A DNA stretch of 64,000 nt from Auanema rhodensis (Eukaryota; Animalia; Nematoda), in assembly GCA_964057225.1 (NCBI GenBank), contig OZ059895.1, positions 5,704,001 to 5,768,000 on the forward strand, written 5' to 3'. Shown piece after piece: positions 42,246 to 54,475 of this stretch (positions within the stretch are counted from its first letter, which is position 1; the number at the start of each line of letters is the position of its first letter). The translations under genes were made by a program, and so were the position numbers. The notes beneath the pieces are model-generated. The model ran no database searches. It was given only the letters and a program-made list of their open reading frames with translations, and had not been told where the DNA came from.

Positions 42246-44280
42246 CTATTTAGGATTTTGACAGTTAGCAGAAGCTGGAAGCTCTTTACTTCTTTCAGCT
42301 TTTGCTTGTCTTGCAGCATAACGTTTCATTGTATTATCATAATGATCCATGTAGTCAGTGAATCGTCCTTTACGTGATACAATGCCATCCTACAATAAAG
42401 AAATGTGAATGAGAAATATCACATTCTTACGTACATGAGCGAAAACTTCTAATATACAGACATGAAGAAATATATATTGTAATGGAGATTGTATAGCATG
42501 AAAACGTTGTGTTCGGAGCTCACGTAGTACATCAATCTACAAAATATATAAATGATATACAACAAAAAAAAGAAATTAATATATATATATATAACAAATA
42601 CCATAGAAGCGTGTTCATCTCTCCGAATTTTCTGAGAAGCATAATCCATTCCTAATATAGACACATGAAATGAAATAAAACGTTTTCGATTTACCAACAA
42701 ATGTTGCTGTTCGACCAATTCCTGCGGAACAATGTACAGTAATTGGTCTATTTCCAGCCTAATATAATATATTCAAAATCTTTTATATACTTAGCTATAA
42801 CCATTCTCCTGGCCATTAAGTATAAGCCTACGGTGGCTCCTGGCGTTTCGGGAGCGACATGGTCTGGCCAGTTTGAATGAATAAGATGATGCACAGGCCA
42901 AGATTGACCGCTGAAAATCACAAAAGATTTATAAATTACATCTTTGAATTGCAAACTGTAATGCGTTACACACTTCAAGTCACATTCCAATATCTGATGT
43001 CGAATACCATCGAATGGATCTGACTTTATTTCTTTGATTGATACACGATATTGGCCGTATTCTTCAACCTTTCCTTTAACTTTTGGAAAATATCTTGCAC
43101 ATTTCTCAAGACTAGCTGCAGCATTAATCAGGTACTTTCAAATTTACTGATATAATAAAACCTTCAACTAAACTACACAACATAATCACAACGGAACTTT
43201 TTTCTGTATATATCATGTGCCAAAAATCTTCCAAAGTTTCGGGTAATGGTCCCTATAATACGTAACTAAAATTGAAACATAAATTCAGTTGCTATAATAT
43301 TTAAAAAAATAAGAAATATTATCTGTTGAAGGAACCTGAGTGCAAATATATTTGTGTCCATCCGGCATTGTCATCCAGCTGGCATGAATATAATCATCTT
43401 CCGGTGGACGATTTTTCAAAACTACTCTAGTTGCATCCATACAAAGAATATCGTTATATCTATAGCCCATTATAAGTATAAGTGATTATATAAACTAATA
43501 AAAAGGTTACTATTACCTATTTTTTGCTTCATTCTTACTATAAACAAGAGTTGAATACTCGGTTGGCTTTACGCGTTTGTGCGTTGAAAATTCTACCGAG
43601 AGAGCTTTTACAGTCTGTAAAGGTATACATACTTGTATACATCTTACTTCACATAAACAATTTTCGATTTATACACATATGAAATCAAAGATGAGTGAAA
43701 CACGACATGAAATTCTGATGCAACAGGTGATTAAATATGAAGAAGTCAAACACAGTTAGCACTGATTGATGACAAAATTGTCATCGCAAGCAATAGCATG
43801 AGTTTAATAATTAAATAAAAAATGGAGGGAGTTTTCAACCAAATTATATGTAGTACCTTAGTATTCATAATATGCATTGACCAACGATAAGCTGGTGAAT
43901 CCTTGCAAGCTGCCATATTAGATTCTAAAGCCTGCGACAAAACTGCCAACAATGTATAAAATTAGGAAGCAAAAAATACTTTTGGTAAATGTGGTTTAGA
44001 GGCATTGTGGGTAATATCTTCAACTTCTTCATCCCGATCTCTCAGAAAAGCCTGAATATTACCAGAAATTCAGTTGAAACATAAATTTCTTGGAAAAAAT
44101 AATTATGACGTATATGGTAATGAGAATTAAACATTCACTCAAAATGCGTACTCTTTTGATAAAATTTTTTTTCTTTGTTTTCTTATCATCTTTTTTATCC
44201 TTTTTCTGAAACTAAATAAGATATTGTCTCGTTATTCTTATTATATCTTTGTTATCTAATTATAGTACCTGGTCATTCAT
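42246..44280 (-). CDS. Non-receptor protein tyrosine phosphatase (nematode-expanded, possibly sperm-type)
   Basis: Motifs NRYNDILC, DYIHASW, YICTQGP, WPDH, VHCSAGIGRT and IQSPLQY; Lys-rich N-terminus. Confidence 0.9.
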
Positions 44281-45112
44281 ATTCAATCTGAAACCCGACC
44301 GATTTAATCAGAATGCTCGGTCAAAATAATCAATTACGCACGTGAACGATTCACGTAAATATCACGTGTCACTTGTTCTAAAAGGCTCGCTGTTTAACGG
44401 ATCTCTATCTTTAGTTAAAACGGTTCAAGTTCATAAATTTCTTTTCAGAAGCTTTATAAATGCAAAAAAAACCAGTTGATTGCATTAGGAAAATTCCATC
44501 TTTATCTATGAATTTTGTGACCAAAATGACGCCGCTGATTTACTGCAATTCCTTGTTTAACATGTACAATATCATTGCAAAGTCATTAAAATCATATCAG
44601 CTGAATGCAAAATGTTCTACAAATGTCTCTATAATGAAATGTTTTCTGCAAAATCACAAGAAAATTAAATGGTTTATATGCTTAATGTAAAGCATTTTAT
44701 CTATTTTTCAGCTCAAGTACTTCTTCTTTATCTTTTGTAGTATTTCTAGCTTTTTTCATAAGCTTGTACTTCGATTGGATAAGGAGAAATACAAAGTAGG
44801 TAAGATGTAATGACGACAGCCCTGTTTTGATCGATACATCAGTTTAGCATGTTGTAATATCACTTCCGTCATTTTTCCTTTCTATTCCATCTGTATTGTC
44901 TTCTCTAATTCCCATTCATTTTTTCTTCATCAAAACGTTTTTTCAATGCTTCTGCATTATTAACCGTTTGCACATACAATCATCACCTTATTATAAACAC
45001 TAGTCAGCTTAGCCTTATCATTTTCACTGTTTATTTGTTTTGAAAGTATTTTCTATGCGAAATAATATAAAACCCAAGTTTGGAAGTTGATACAAAGACT
45101 ACACTAGTATCA

Positions 45113-45114
<2 letters not shown>

Positions 45115-45149
<35 letters not shown>
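45115..45149. repeat. (TA)n microsatellite
   Basis: Seen directly in the sequence. Confidence 0.95.
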
Positions 45150-45152
<3 letters not shown>

Positions 45153-45823
45153 GTACTATCAAAGAGAGGGAAAGAGATAGAGAGAAAAGGGAAAAAATGG
45201 ATGACCAAATGCTTTTCAGCATAAGTTGACGACGTGCCGATAGGCGTGAAGATGAACAGGTTTCATCATCGTTAGTCGACGTCTTTCAATATTGTCTTCA
45301 GTGGTTCATCCTTAAATTAATATTATTTTTCTTCTTGACAAATGCTAGTCTCTGCTATTTTATTGAATTTAGTTTCATTCGCGTTGTTGCTGTCCGTCAT
45401 CGTCTGGATATGCTTTTCCGTTCCCAAGCCTTGATTAATTTCCTTCAGATTGCATAGCTAGCGTATTGATTGTCTTAGTCAATTCTTTGTAATTATCAGA
45501 AGCTTTTTCAAAATTATCTTCTCTTGATTATAATCTTAAGGTGCAAGAGATTGTCTGATATCTCAATTCATCTGTTGACTTGTTTCTATCTTAATATAAC
45601 TGAAAATATGTAGTTTCTTAAATGTTGTAGTCAAACGAGTGAAATAAGATAAGACACAGAAAGATATTCATTGATTTTTATCTTTAATATCCAGAAGGTA
45701 CTCATGTACTTTGAGCTGTTAACTCACATATTCATGCTTTGTTTTAAGCTACAACTTGAATTTTTTAAAATAGATTCCCGAGTGTTATTAACTTCTTTAT
45801 GTTTTTAAACTAATTTCAATTTA

Positions 45824-45829
<6 letters not shown>

Positions 45830-45875
<46 letters not shown>
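45830..45875. repeat. (TA)n microsatellite
   Basis: Seen directly in the sequence. Confidence 0.95.
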
Positions 45876-45879
<4 letters not shown>

Positions 45880-46632
45880 AGTGAAATATGATATCATAAT
45901 GAAATGCGTTATCATAGATTATGTATATATCCTGTAATTCCTATGATAAAAAAGTTTCTTTATTGACTATATTTAATAATTTCTCTGAAATATTTTGTTT
46001 TAAACTTATATATATATATAATTTATAATATATTTATCGTTTAAACATTTATTCTTTTCTCTTTTTATTATCCATTCAATTCTTTAATAACAGTTGTATT
46101 CATCTGTCTGTATGATAACATATCTTGATTCAACATTCATTATGTTTCAAGTACTTTTTCCATAGAAATCTGCGTTATTTAAAAAAAAAAATCTTTCGCT
46201 CTTCTCAATGCTTGCTGCAAGTGCTGCTGCTTGCTGCTTCAGGCTATAGAGATGAGAGAAGCGGCTGAGTGGATGGGTGGCAGAGATCGATATTTCCCGG
46301 CGAAGCTCCTTGTGATAGAGCATAGCTGGCCGCTTGTGGTCAATATGCTGCATATTTGAGTTCTTACTTTGATTGTAATCGCGTTTTTAGCAAACTAAGA
46401 AAGGAACAATCTGTATTCATAATGAATACAAACAACATATGGTCCTACTATTCAACTAGAAAACTTATGTTTTCTTTTAAAAAAATTGTTCTTTCTGCTC
46501 GTATATGCATAACCATTAGAATAAATATATTTATAATAATTTATATTTGTGTATAGTTATGATAGTTTTTCTTTTTTCTAACATTCACTAGCATTTCAAT
46601 GTTGAATTCGCTAATTTAATGATTACTACATG

Positions 46633-46636
46633 TCTC

Positions 46637-46688
<52 letters not shown>
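46633..46688. repeat. (CT)n microsatellite
   Basis: Seen directly in the sequence. Confidence 0.95.
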
Positions 46689-46690
<2 letters not shown>

Positions 46691-46995
46691 GCCTATGCAA
46701 GCTTTTACTTTAGTTGAGTATTGATTCTCGTTTTCCTTGCTTAACCATTTGTTCAATACATCTTAGTTTAGATAATATAATGTTTAATCATGCTATTCAT
46801 AAATATATTTATATTATATATGAATATACATATATCTTTTCTTTTTTTTATTATTATCTTTTAAATAGATGTATTAATAGAAAAGTTATTATTATAACTT
46901 ACTTTCTTATAGATATTTATATATTATTTGTATTTGGTTCATCACAAGCAAAAGAAAAATTAAAATTTGTATCGTAAATTAAAAGGATATTCAAG

Positions 46996-49374
46996 ATGTT
47001 GGGCATGCTGGAACTTGCTTGTTCCTACAGGTTCATTTGTGTTTTTTTTAGTTTTAAGCATATATTATTGAATGTTTAGGTCATGGAGAGACAATGATAA
47101 GGAAAAACAATCCATCAGAAAAGATATGCAGAAGATAGCTGGAGGAACTAATCTAGATAACAATGAGTCAATTTCAGTTAGTTTTATAAAGCTTTTAACC
47201 AAATTTTAATTATATGTTGTTTAAGCTTGAATCTATTATGGCTGAATTTAAACTATCGAATAATACTCTGAGGAGAATGATGTCCCATATGAGTGACAAC
47301 ATGGATCGTGGACTTGAGAAAGGTCTCAAAGGATCAACCATTGCCATGCTACCATCCTTTGTGCCCGAGCTTCCAGATGGAACAGGTTTTTGTCAATACA
47401 ATTGTATGAGACAATGCTTTTATTTGAAGAACGTGGAAAGTTTGTGGCTATGGATCTCGGTGGCACGAATCTTCGTGTCATGCTCATGGAAATAGAACCA
47501 GGTGAAGCGATGAGAACGAAACAATTCAATACAAGAATGCCAAATGCAGCTATGCATGGTACTGGAAATAAGGTTCATTGATTATAAAATATAATATATT
47601 TAATTTAAATTTTAGCTATTTGATTATATTGCTAAAGCCTTAGCTGATTTTCTTATTGAAAAAGAATTACAAGATGAAAATTTACCTGTTGGCTTTACCT
47701 TCTCTTATCCCTGTAATCAAACAGGTTTACGAAGTGCTACTCTCTTGAGGTAATTTTGTTTAATTTCTTTTATATTTTATTCGCATAGTTAATTAACTAA
47801 ATATATATATAGTTAAAATATTAAAATATTAAAAATTATTATTACTATTTTAAGATGGACTAAAGGTGTTACTGCAACTGGATGTGTAGGAAAAGATGTT
47901 GTTAAACTTCTCGAAGATGCCATAGCTAGAGATGGGGTATTATCAATATTTAATATAGTAAATATAATAATTATTTATGTTTAAGCGTGTTAAAGTTAAT
48001 ATTGTTGCTCTGATTAATGATACAGTAGGAACAATGGTAGCTGCTGCTTATGAAGCTAATGGAAAATGCGATATTGGTGTTATTATTGGTACATTTTATA
48101 TTATAATTTTCTTAAATATTGTATAATCTGTTTAGGAACTGGTACAAATGCTTCATATTTGGAAAAAACGAAGAATATTGTTGAAGGTCTGAAAAATGCG
48201 ACAGAAGACTATGATCATGAATCGGTATATTATCTTTAACAATATTCATATAGTGTATATAATTTAGATGATTATTGATACCGAATGGGGAGGTTTTGGA
48301 GATCGTGGTGAAGCTGAATATATTTTTACTCAATATGATAAGATAATTGATGCTCGATCTGATCATCCTGGAGTTAATTCGTATGTTCAATCAGATTCAG
48401 TTTAGACAAATATGTAATTAATTGTTTAGATTGGATAAACTTGTCGCCGGCATGTGCATGGGAGAGCTTGTTCGTCTTGTACTAGTTAAACTATGCGATA
48501 ATAAGGTATAGTTTTGTTTTCAAAATCAAATTATCCTGTTTTTATAATATTTCAGGTGCTGTTTAATGGAAAGGGTTCCAAAGTTTTACGAACAATTGGC
48601 AGTTTTCCAACAAAATACATCTCTGAAATCTTGCAGTTAGTCAAAAACCTGCTTTTTCCTATTATGAATTTTATATTTATTCAGTGATGATTGTGGTTCT
48701 TACTCCAATACCAGACAAATTATGGATGAATTGGGCATCGATAGCTTCACTTTCTCAGATATGCTATTGTTCCGTGAAGTATGTATGGTTGTATCACGTA
48801 GATCAGCAAATCTTGCTGCAGCTTGTAAGCCTTTTCAGCATATTTTCAAACAAAAAAAAACTTTTTTTTAGCTATTGCATGTGTTCTTAATAGAGTCAAT
48901 AGGCCTAAAATGACAGTAGCTATTGACGGAAGTACGTATAAATATCATCCATTCTTTGATCATTGGGTAACAGAAAAAATCAAAGAACTCATTAACCCAG
49001 GATTGGAGGTATACAGCAGATAAACATGTGTATATATACAGATAATTATAATTTCAGTTTAAAGTTATTCAAACTGGAGATGGTAGTGGACGAGGAGCTG
49101 CATTAATCGCTGCAATTGTCTCTCGTGTGAAGCTAGCGGAAGAAAAGAGAAAACGTGATGAAGAACATAAACTTTTAAGAGAGAAACAGTTAGAAGAAGA
49201 ACGAAAACAACGAGAAAAGGAGGTTTGTATCCATCTATAACACATAATTCATATAATTATATACAGGAATTGGAAAAAGAAATGAATTTACAAGAAGAAA
49301 TGTCAAGGAAACGAGCAGAACAGTATAACTATGCTGATGAACGAGTACGAGAAGAAGCTAAAAATCGAACATGA
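46996..49374 (+). CDS. hxk-2: Hexokinase with a charged C-terminal extension (probably the hxk-2 orthologue)
   Basis: Motifs MLPSFV, MDLGGTNLRV, LPVGFTFSYP, INDTVGT, GTGTNA, DTEWGGFG, DGSTYKYHP and DGSGRGAAL. The paralogue assignment is from memory and is less certain than the family call. Confidence 0.9.
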
Positions 49375-49952
49375 GCTCCATATTATAGATTATAGAAGAA
49401 ATTTATTAGGGGTTAGTAGTATATTATAGTATATATTATGTTTGTCTGTTTGTTTTTTTGCAAATTATGTCTTGCCTGATCTAATAACCATGCATTTTTC
49501 TTCTGGTATCTCCTGTTAAAAATGAGCTCATGAGGATCAGCCTTTCTTTTTAAAATTAAAAAAAAACAATATTGTCATGCCATCTATTTCTGTAAAAAAA
49601 GGAGTACAATCAGAATCAAAACACAAATCTGTATTGTCTGTGTTTTTATTATAATAATAATGTGATATAGAATTCATATAATTAGCTATACACTTGCCAA
49701 TTATGAGATAGAGACTTAATAAAGTTTTATCGATTACACAATTATAATTATATTCTAATAATTTAAAAGAAATTTAGAAAATCGTACTGTCTTGATCTGA
49801 TGATTTTTTAATCACCCAGAAGACCATGATTTAAATATCTTCAATGAAATATGAGTTTGGAAGTGTTTTGTGCTTCAAACTCAACCGAAATACGGAAAAA
49901 AGAATATACATTTTCCAAATAATCATCTATCTGCCTACCTTAAAGAATTTAA

Positions 49953-50027
49953 AACCATCGATGAAGACAGAAAGATGACGAGTCATAACACTAGTTGATG
50001 ATACCGAGGCATTTGTCTGAGTTGGTT
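49953..50027 (+). ncRNA. U15/SNORD15-like C/D box snoRNA, copy 1
   Basis: Terminal stem AACCA/TGGTT; C box TCGATGA; D' guide AGATGACGAG followed by CATA; C' box TTGATGA; D guide CGAGGCATTTG followed by CTGA. Both guides are complementary to LSU rRNA CAAAUGCCUCGUCAUCU. Confidence 0.9.
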
Positions 50028-50319
50028 CTCTTTCCTCAACCTAACCAAGTTTTTGCTTATAAGCTCTCCTATTTGGATTTTAATGATTTTGCTTAGAAAC
50101 TTTATTCGAATGATTTGAATGGTTTTGCTTAGAAGCTCTGTTCGTTTGGCTTGAATCACGTTAAAAATATTTCTAGAAAAGCTCGAAAGACCGAAGTTCG
50201 GATCCCTTCAATGAAATATGAGTTTGGAAGTGTTTTGTGCTTCAAACTCAACCGAAATACGGAAAAAAGAATATACATTTTCCAAATAATCATCTATCTG
50301 CCTACCTTAAAGAATTTAA

Positions 50320-50394
50320 AACCATCGATGAAGACAGAAAGATGACGAGTCATAACACTAGTTGATGATACCGAGGCATTTGTCTGAGTTGGTT
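50320..50394 (+). ncRNA. U15/SNORD15-like C/D box snoRNA, copy 2
   Basis: Identical to copy 1. Confidence 0.9.
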
Positions 50395-50686
50395 CTCTTT
50401 CCTCAACCTAACCAAGTTTTTGCTTATAAGCTCTCCTATTTGGATTTTAATGATTTTGCTTAGAAACTTTATTCGAATGATTTGAATGGTTTTGCTTAGA
50501 AGCTCTGTTCGTTTGGCTTGAATCACGTTAAAAATATTTCTAGAAAAGCTCGAAAGACCGAAGTTCGGATCCCTTCAATGAAATATGAGTTTGGAAGTGT
50601 TTTGTGCTTCAAACTCAACCGAAATACGGAAAAAAGAATATACATTTTCCAAATAATCATCTATCTGCCTACCTTAAAGAATTTAA

Positions 50687-50761
50687 AACCATCGATGAAG
50701 ACAGAAAGATGACGAGTCATAACACTAGTTGATGATACCGAGGCATTTGTCTGAGTTGGTT
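50687..50761 (+). ncRNA. U15/SNORD15-like C/D box snoRNA, copy 3
   Basis: Identical to copy 1. Confidence 0.9.
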
Positions 50762-51052
50762 CTCTTTCCTCAACCTAACCAAGTTTTTGCTTATAAGCTC
50801 TCCTATTTGGATTTTAATGATTTTGCTTAGAAACTTTATTCGAATGATTTGAATGGTTTTGCTTAGAAGCTCTGTTCGTTTGGCTTGAATCACGTTAAAA
50901 ACATTTCTAGAAAAGCTCGGAAGACCGAGGTTCGGATCCCTTCAATGAAATATGAGTTTGGAAGTGTTTTGTGCTTCAACTCAACCGAAATACGGAAAAA
51001 AGAATATACATTTTCCAAATAATCATCTATCTGCCTACCTTAAAGAATTTAA

Positions 51053-51127
51053 AACCATCGATGAAGACAGAAAGATGACGAGTCATAACACTAGTTGATG
51101 ATACCGAGGCATTTGTCTGAGTTGGTT
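51053..51127 (+). ncRNA. U15/SNORD15-like C/D box snoRNA, copy 4
   Basis: Identical to copy 1. Confidence 0.9.
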
Positions 51128-51418
51128 CTCTTTCCTCAACCTAACCAAGTTTTTGCTTATAAGCTCTCCTATTTGGATTTTAATGATTTTGCTTAGAAAC
51201 TTTATTCGAATGATTTGAATGGTTTTGCTTAGAAGCTCTGTTCGTTTGGCTTGAATCACGTTAAAAACATTTCTAGAAAAGCTCGGAAGACCGAGGTTCG
51301 GATCCCTTCAATGAAATATGAGTTTGGAAGTGTTTTGTGCTTCAACTCAACCGAAATACGGAAAAAAGAATATACATTTTCCAAATAATCATCTATCTGC
51401 CTACCTTAAAGAATTTAA

Positions 51419-51493
51419 AACCATCGATGAAGACAGAAAGATGACGAGTCATAACACTAGTTGATGATACCGAGGCATTTGTCTGAGTTGGTT
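51419..51493 (+). ncRNA. U15/SNORD15-like C/D box snoRNA, copy 5
   Basis: Identical to copy 1. Confidence 0.9.
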
Positions 51494-51648
51494 CTCTTTC
51501 CTCAACCTAAACAAGTTTTTGCTTATAAGATCTGCTATTTTAATGAAAAATTTCGAGAGACTCCTTCTTAGCGAATTTTTCTAAAATCGGATAGAAGAAA
51601 TAGAAACTTAGTTTTCGTTGAATGAAAATTCTTCGGCCCATACTCTTG

Positions 51649-51810
51649 TAAGGGACGCGCGAACGCGTCCCCAAACGCAAAAATTTAGCTGTTGGCGAAT
51701 CTCAACTCGAGATTGCCATACAGGTCAGCCCAATCTAAAGTGCAATGATCAGGCCTCTTCGTAGGGAGTCCGCCTTGTTGATCGCGGACAACCCCCAGCC
51801 AGGTAAGTTT
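51649..51810 (-). ncRNA. U1 spliceosomal snRNA
   Basis: Minus strand begins AAACTTACCTGGCTGGGGG. It has stem-loop I loop GATCAACAAG, U1A site ATTGCAC, Sm site AATTTTTG and the 3' GC-rich stem-loop GGGACGCGTTCGCGCGTCCC. Confidence 0.97.
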
Positions 51811-51843
51811 AATGGTAGACTCACTGCTTGGGCATACTAATTT

Positions 51844-51872
51844 CATTGCCGTATCTGTTATGGGTGCGGCAA
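51844..51872 (-). promoter_or_regulatory. Putative snRNA proximal sequence element (PSE)
   Basis: GCCGCACCC...ACGGCAATG at about -62 to -35 from the U1 start; position and loose sequence resemble the nematode snRNA PSE. Confidence 0.55.
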
Positions 51873-52037
51873 CAGAAAATTTCTAAATAAATTTTATTTT
51901 TTTCTTCTTTCTCTCTTTGAAACTTAAACATAACTTTCATTTAACTTTCATAACTTTTATTTAGTATTTAAAACACTTTACATTTTATCACAGTTTTTAT
52001 AAGATATTAAAAATATATTAAAATGGTATCAGTTAGT

Positions 52038-54475
52038 CTATTCAAATTGAATTTCTATTATGAGCTGGTCTGCTGTTATATCTCTGCTGCAACGGAAGAG
52101 CTGAGCATGTTGAAAAGCACAGTTTCCGGAACCACCCGTTAAAGTAGCCTAAAGATTTTGAATTAAAATTTTGATAAAATTCCTTCGATTACAGTAATTT
52201 TCAATAAGGAAGAAGGTAGCTCGTTGATTACCAGTTCACCAGAACTTGGGAATGGTAAACAAACCTAAAACTATATATATTGAATACAAACTTGTACAAG
52301 CCCTACATCTTCAGCACAAGTTAAAATGTGAATTTCCCCATTTTCAAATGTTTGTGTTCCAAGAATCTTCAGTTTAGCTGATTTGCCTTTAACTCCAGTA
52401 AGGTCAATAGCCCAAGTAACCGAAAAATAATAAATTGAAAAAGAAAAATCAAAAATGAAAATACTTCTCCTTCTTCTTTACCCTCTTTTCTGCACAAATA
52501 TGTAACATTCCAATCTGACTCAACTTTTCTAGTTATATTTTTCGATTTATAAACATATGAAGACCAGCCCTTTATTTTATCTTCTCCACGAGTATAAACA
52601 TCATTGTTACAATCATATGATATTCTATAAGAGTTTCTTCAAGTAACATATGAAGTCATTCATTTACCTCATTGTTCCGGCTGATAACTCTTTATCATTT
52701 GGTCTGAGAACAATTTGTTGCCGTTTCTTGGGACTAGCCCCAACTTCTCCACGTTGAATACGCCAAGACTCAGAACCTAAAACTATTGTATTTATCAAGA
52801 CAAGACGATTTTATAAATTAACCTGATGTACGACCACCGTATTGTTCATCACATTTCTTTTTTCCCACTACCAAGAATTCGACTAATTCTCGAATTCTTC
52901 TTCTGGTCAGTTCTTCAGCTCTTGTTTTATCGATATCTTTTCTCATACGCTGATTCAACTTCTTAAAATTGATAGAGTTAAGCTACAATTGATTCAATAA
53001 AATTATTAAAGCTTACGCTCATAAAATTGGCGAAAACCTCCTCTCTGACTGCCTTTCGTTTTTTTAGAGTCTCCAGATTATTTTCAACATATCTCCAAGT
53101 GACGTCATGAATATGATCAATTCCAATAGCAACTACATAACTTAGTTTCTTTTTCCAACCCTAAAGCATAAAAACGAAATAAACCTGAAAATAGTTAAAA
53201 AATAATAACAATTTCATAGAGTAAAGGAGAGTCGATGCTATTTTCACTAGGATCACAGTGAACCCATCTATCCAACTCAGGAATCCAAAGTTCAACCCAA
53301 ACATGATCCAAGACATCATAAACAAGTCTATAAGTTTTAAAATAAAGAAAAAAAAGATACAATTATAAAAACCTAAAATCAAAATCAAGCGCTGAAGCCA
53401 TTAAAGCAAAACAATAAGACCATTCTCCACATCGTCCAACCCTACGAAGATAATAATACTGAAGTTACAAATGAAAAAAAAACCTTGTCTCCAAAAGATA
53501 TGAGGGATTTGTCAAACGAGGAAAGCGGACTTCATTACCGCATTCGCAGAGCACAATTTCCACTTTCTTAGCACTGCGTTTTGATTCCTCAGCATTCGGT
53601 GACCCTAAAAAGAAAAATATATCGCTAAAATACTTTTTTTTTTAATTTACCATATAAAATATCTTTTTCATCAGCTTTTTTAGTACAAATCGGACAAATT
53701 GGAGTATCTAGCCACTTGAAAAAATCGTTTTTGAACCATTCAAGTAAAGCTTAAATATAAAAATGAATGAATTCTACGTCAAAAAGTATAAAAATTGGAA
53801 AAAACTTCATCTTTAGAACTTACCTTTAGCAAGGAGAAAATTATTAACAGCTCCATTAGCATCAACTGCTTCTTCTCGAAGCTTTTCAGCAGGCATTAAG
53901 CTTAAAGCCAATGTTTTATTAACAATGTCCTTATAATAAGTCGCCTTAAAAAGTATAATCGTATAATCCTAACACAGCAATTTTTACTCTAGTGGTGTAC
54001 ATAACGAAAGATTCCAAAAACTTCCGTTCAATCAGAGTTGCTGCATTTGGATTAGCTGCAGAATCCTTATGATGTCTTAAAAAGCACATTATGATATATC
54101 TGCAGAACAATTTACTTTTGTATAACGTTCTCCAAGCGATTAGGATCAGCACCCGAGATTCGCTCCACCTCTCTTCCATTCTTTAAAATTAAAAATGTTG
54201 GCATAGCATTAATTCCATACGTACTAGCTATGTCTGCAGTGAAAATACAAAATATATAAGTACTACAACAAGAAAATCTCACCTCTAGCTATATCTACAT
54301 TAACTTTACAAAATATTGCATTTTTATACTTTTGATCTAACACATTAAAAAGCGGAGCAATATATTTACAGGGGCCACACCAATCAGCATAAAAATCAAC
54401 AACGGCTATTTTATCACCATTTACAGACAAAAGAACTTCATTAAAAGCTGATAAATCTCGTAGCTCCCTAACCAT
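52038..54475 (-). CDS. png-1: Peptide:N-glycanase with N-terminal thioredoxin domain
   Basis: WCGPC thioredoxin domain, then a transglutaminase-like core (WFK..FFKW, GRCGEW, DHVWVE, WVHCDP, DVTWRY) and a C-terminal PAW-like region. This is the nematode PNG-1 architecture. Confidence 0.93.

Larger units (their letters stand above)
49839..51529 (+). repeat. Tandem array of ~4.6 units of 367/366 bp, each carrying a snoRNA gene
   Basis: CTTCAATGAAATATG unit starts at 49839, 50206, 50573, 50940 and 51306; units are near-identical. Confidence 0.97.

Noticed and set aside
50151-50712. Two identical 64-aa ORFs in the tandem array
   Set aside because: They have TTG starts, are frameshifted in later units and overlap the snoRNA, so they are by-products of the repeat.
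49839-51529. CRISPR array, or R2 retrotransposon target relic
   Set aside because: The DNA is eukaryotic and has no unique spacers. The rRNA-complementary pieces sit directly before D' and D boxes, which a snoRNA explains fully.
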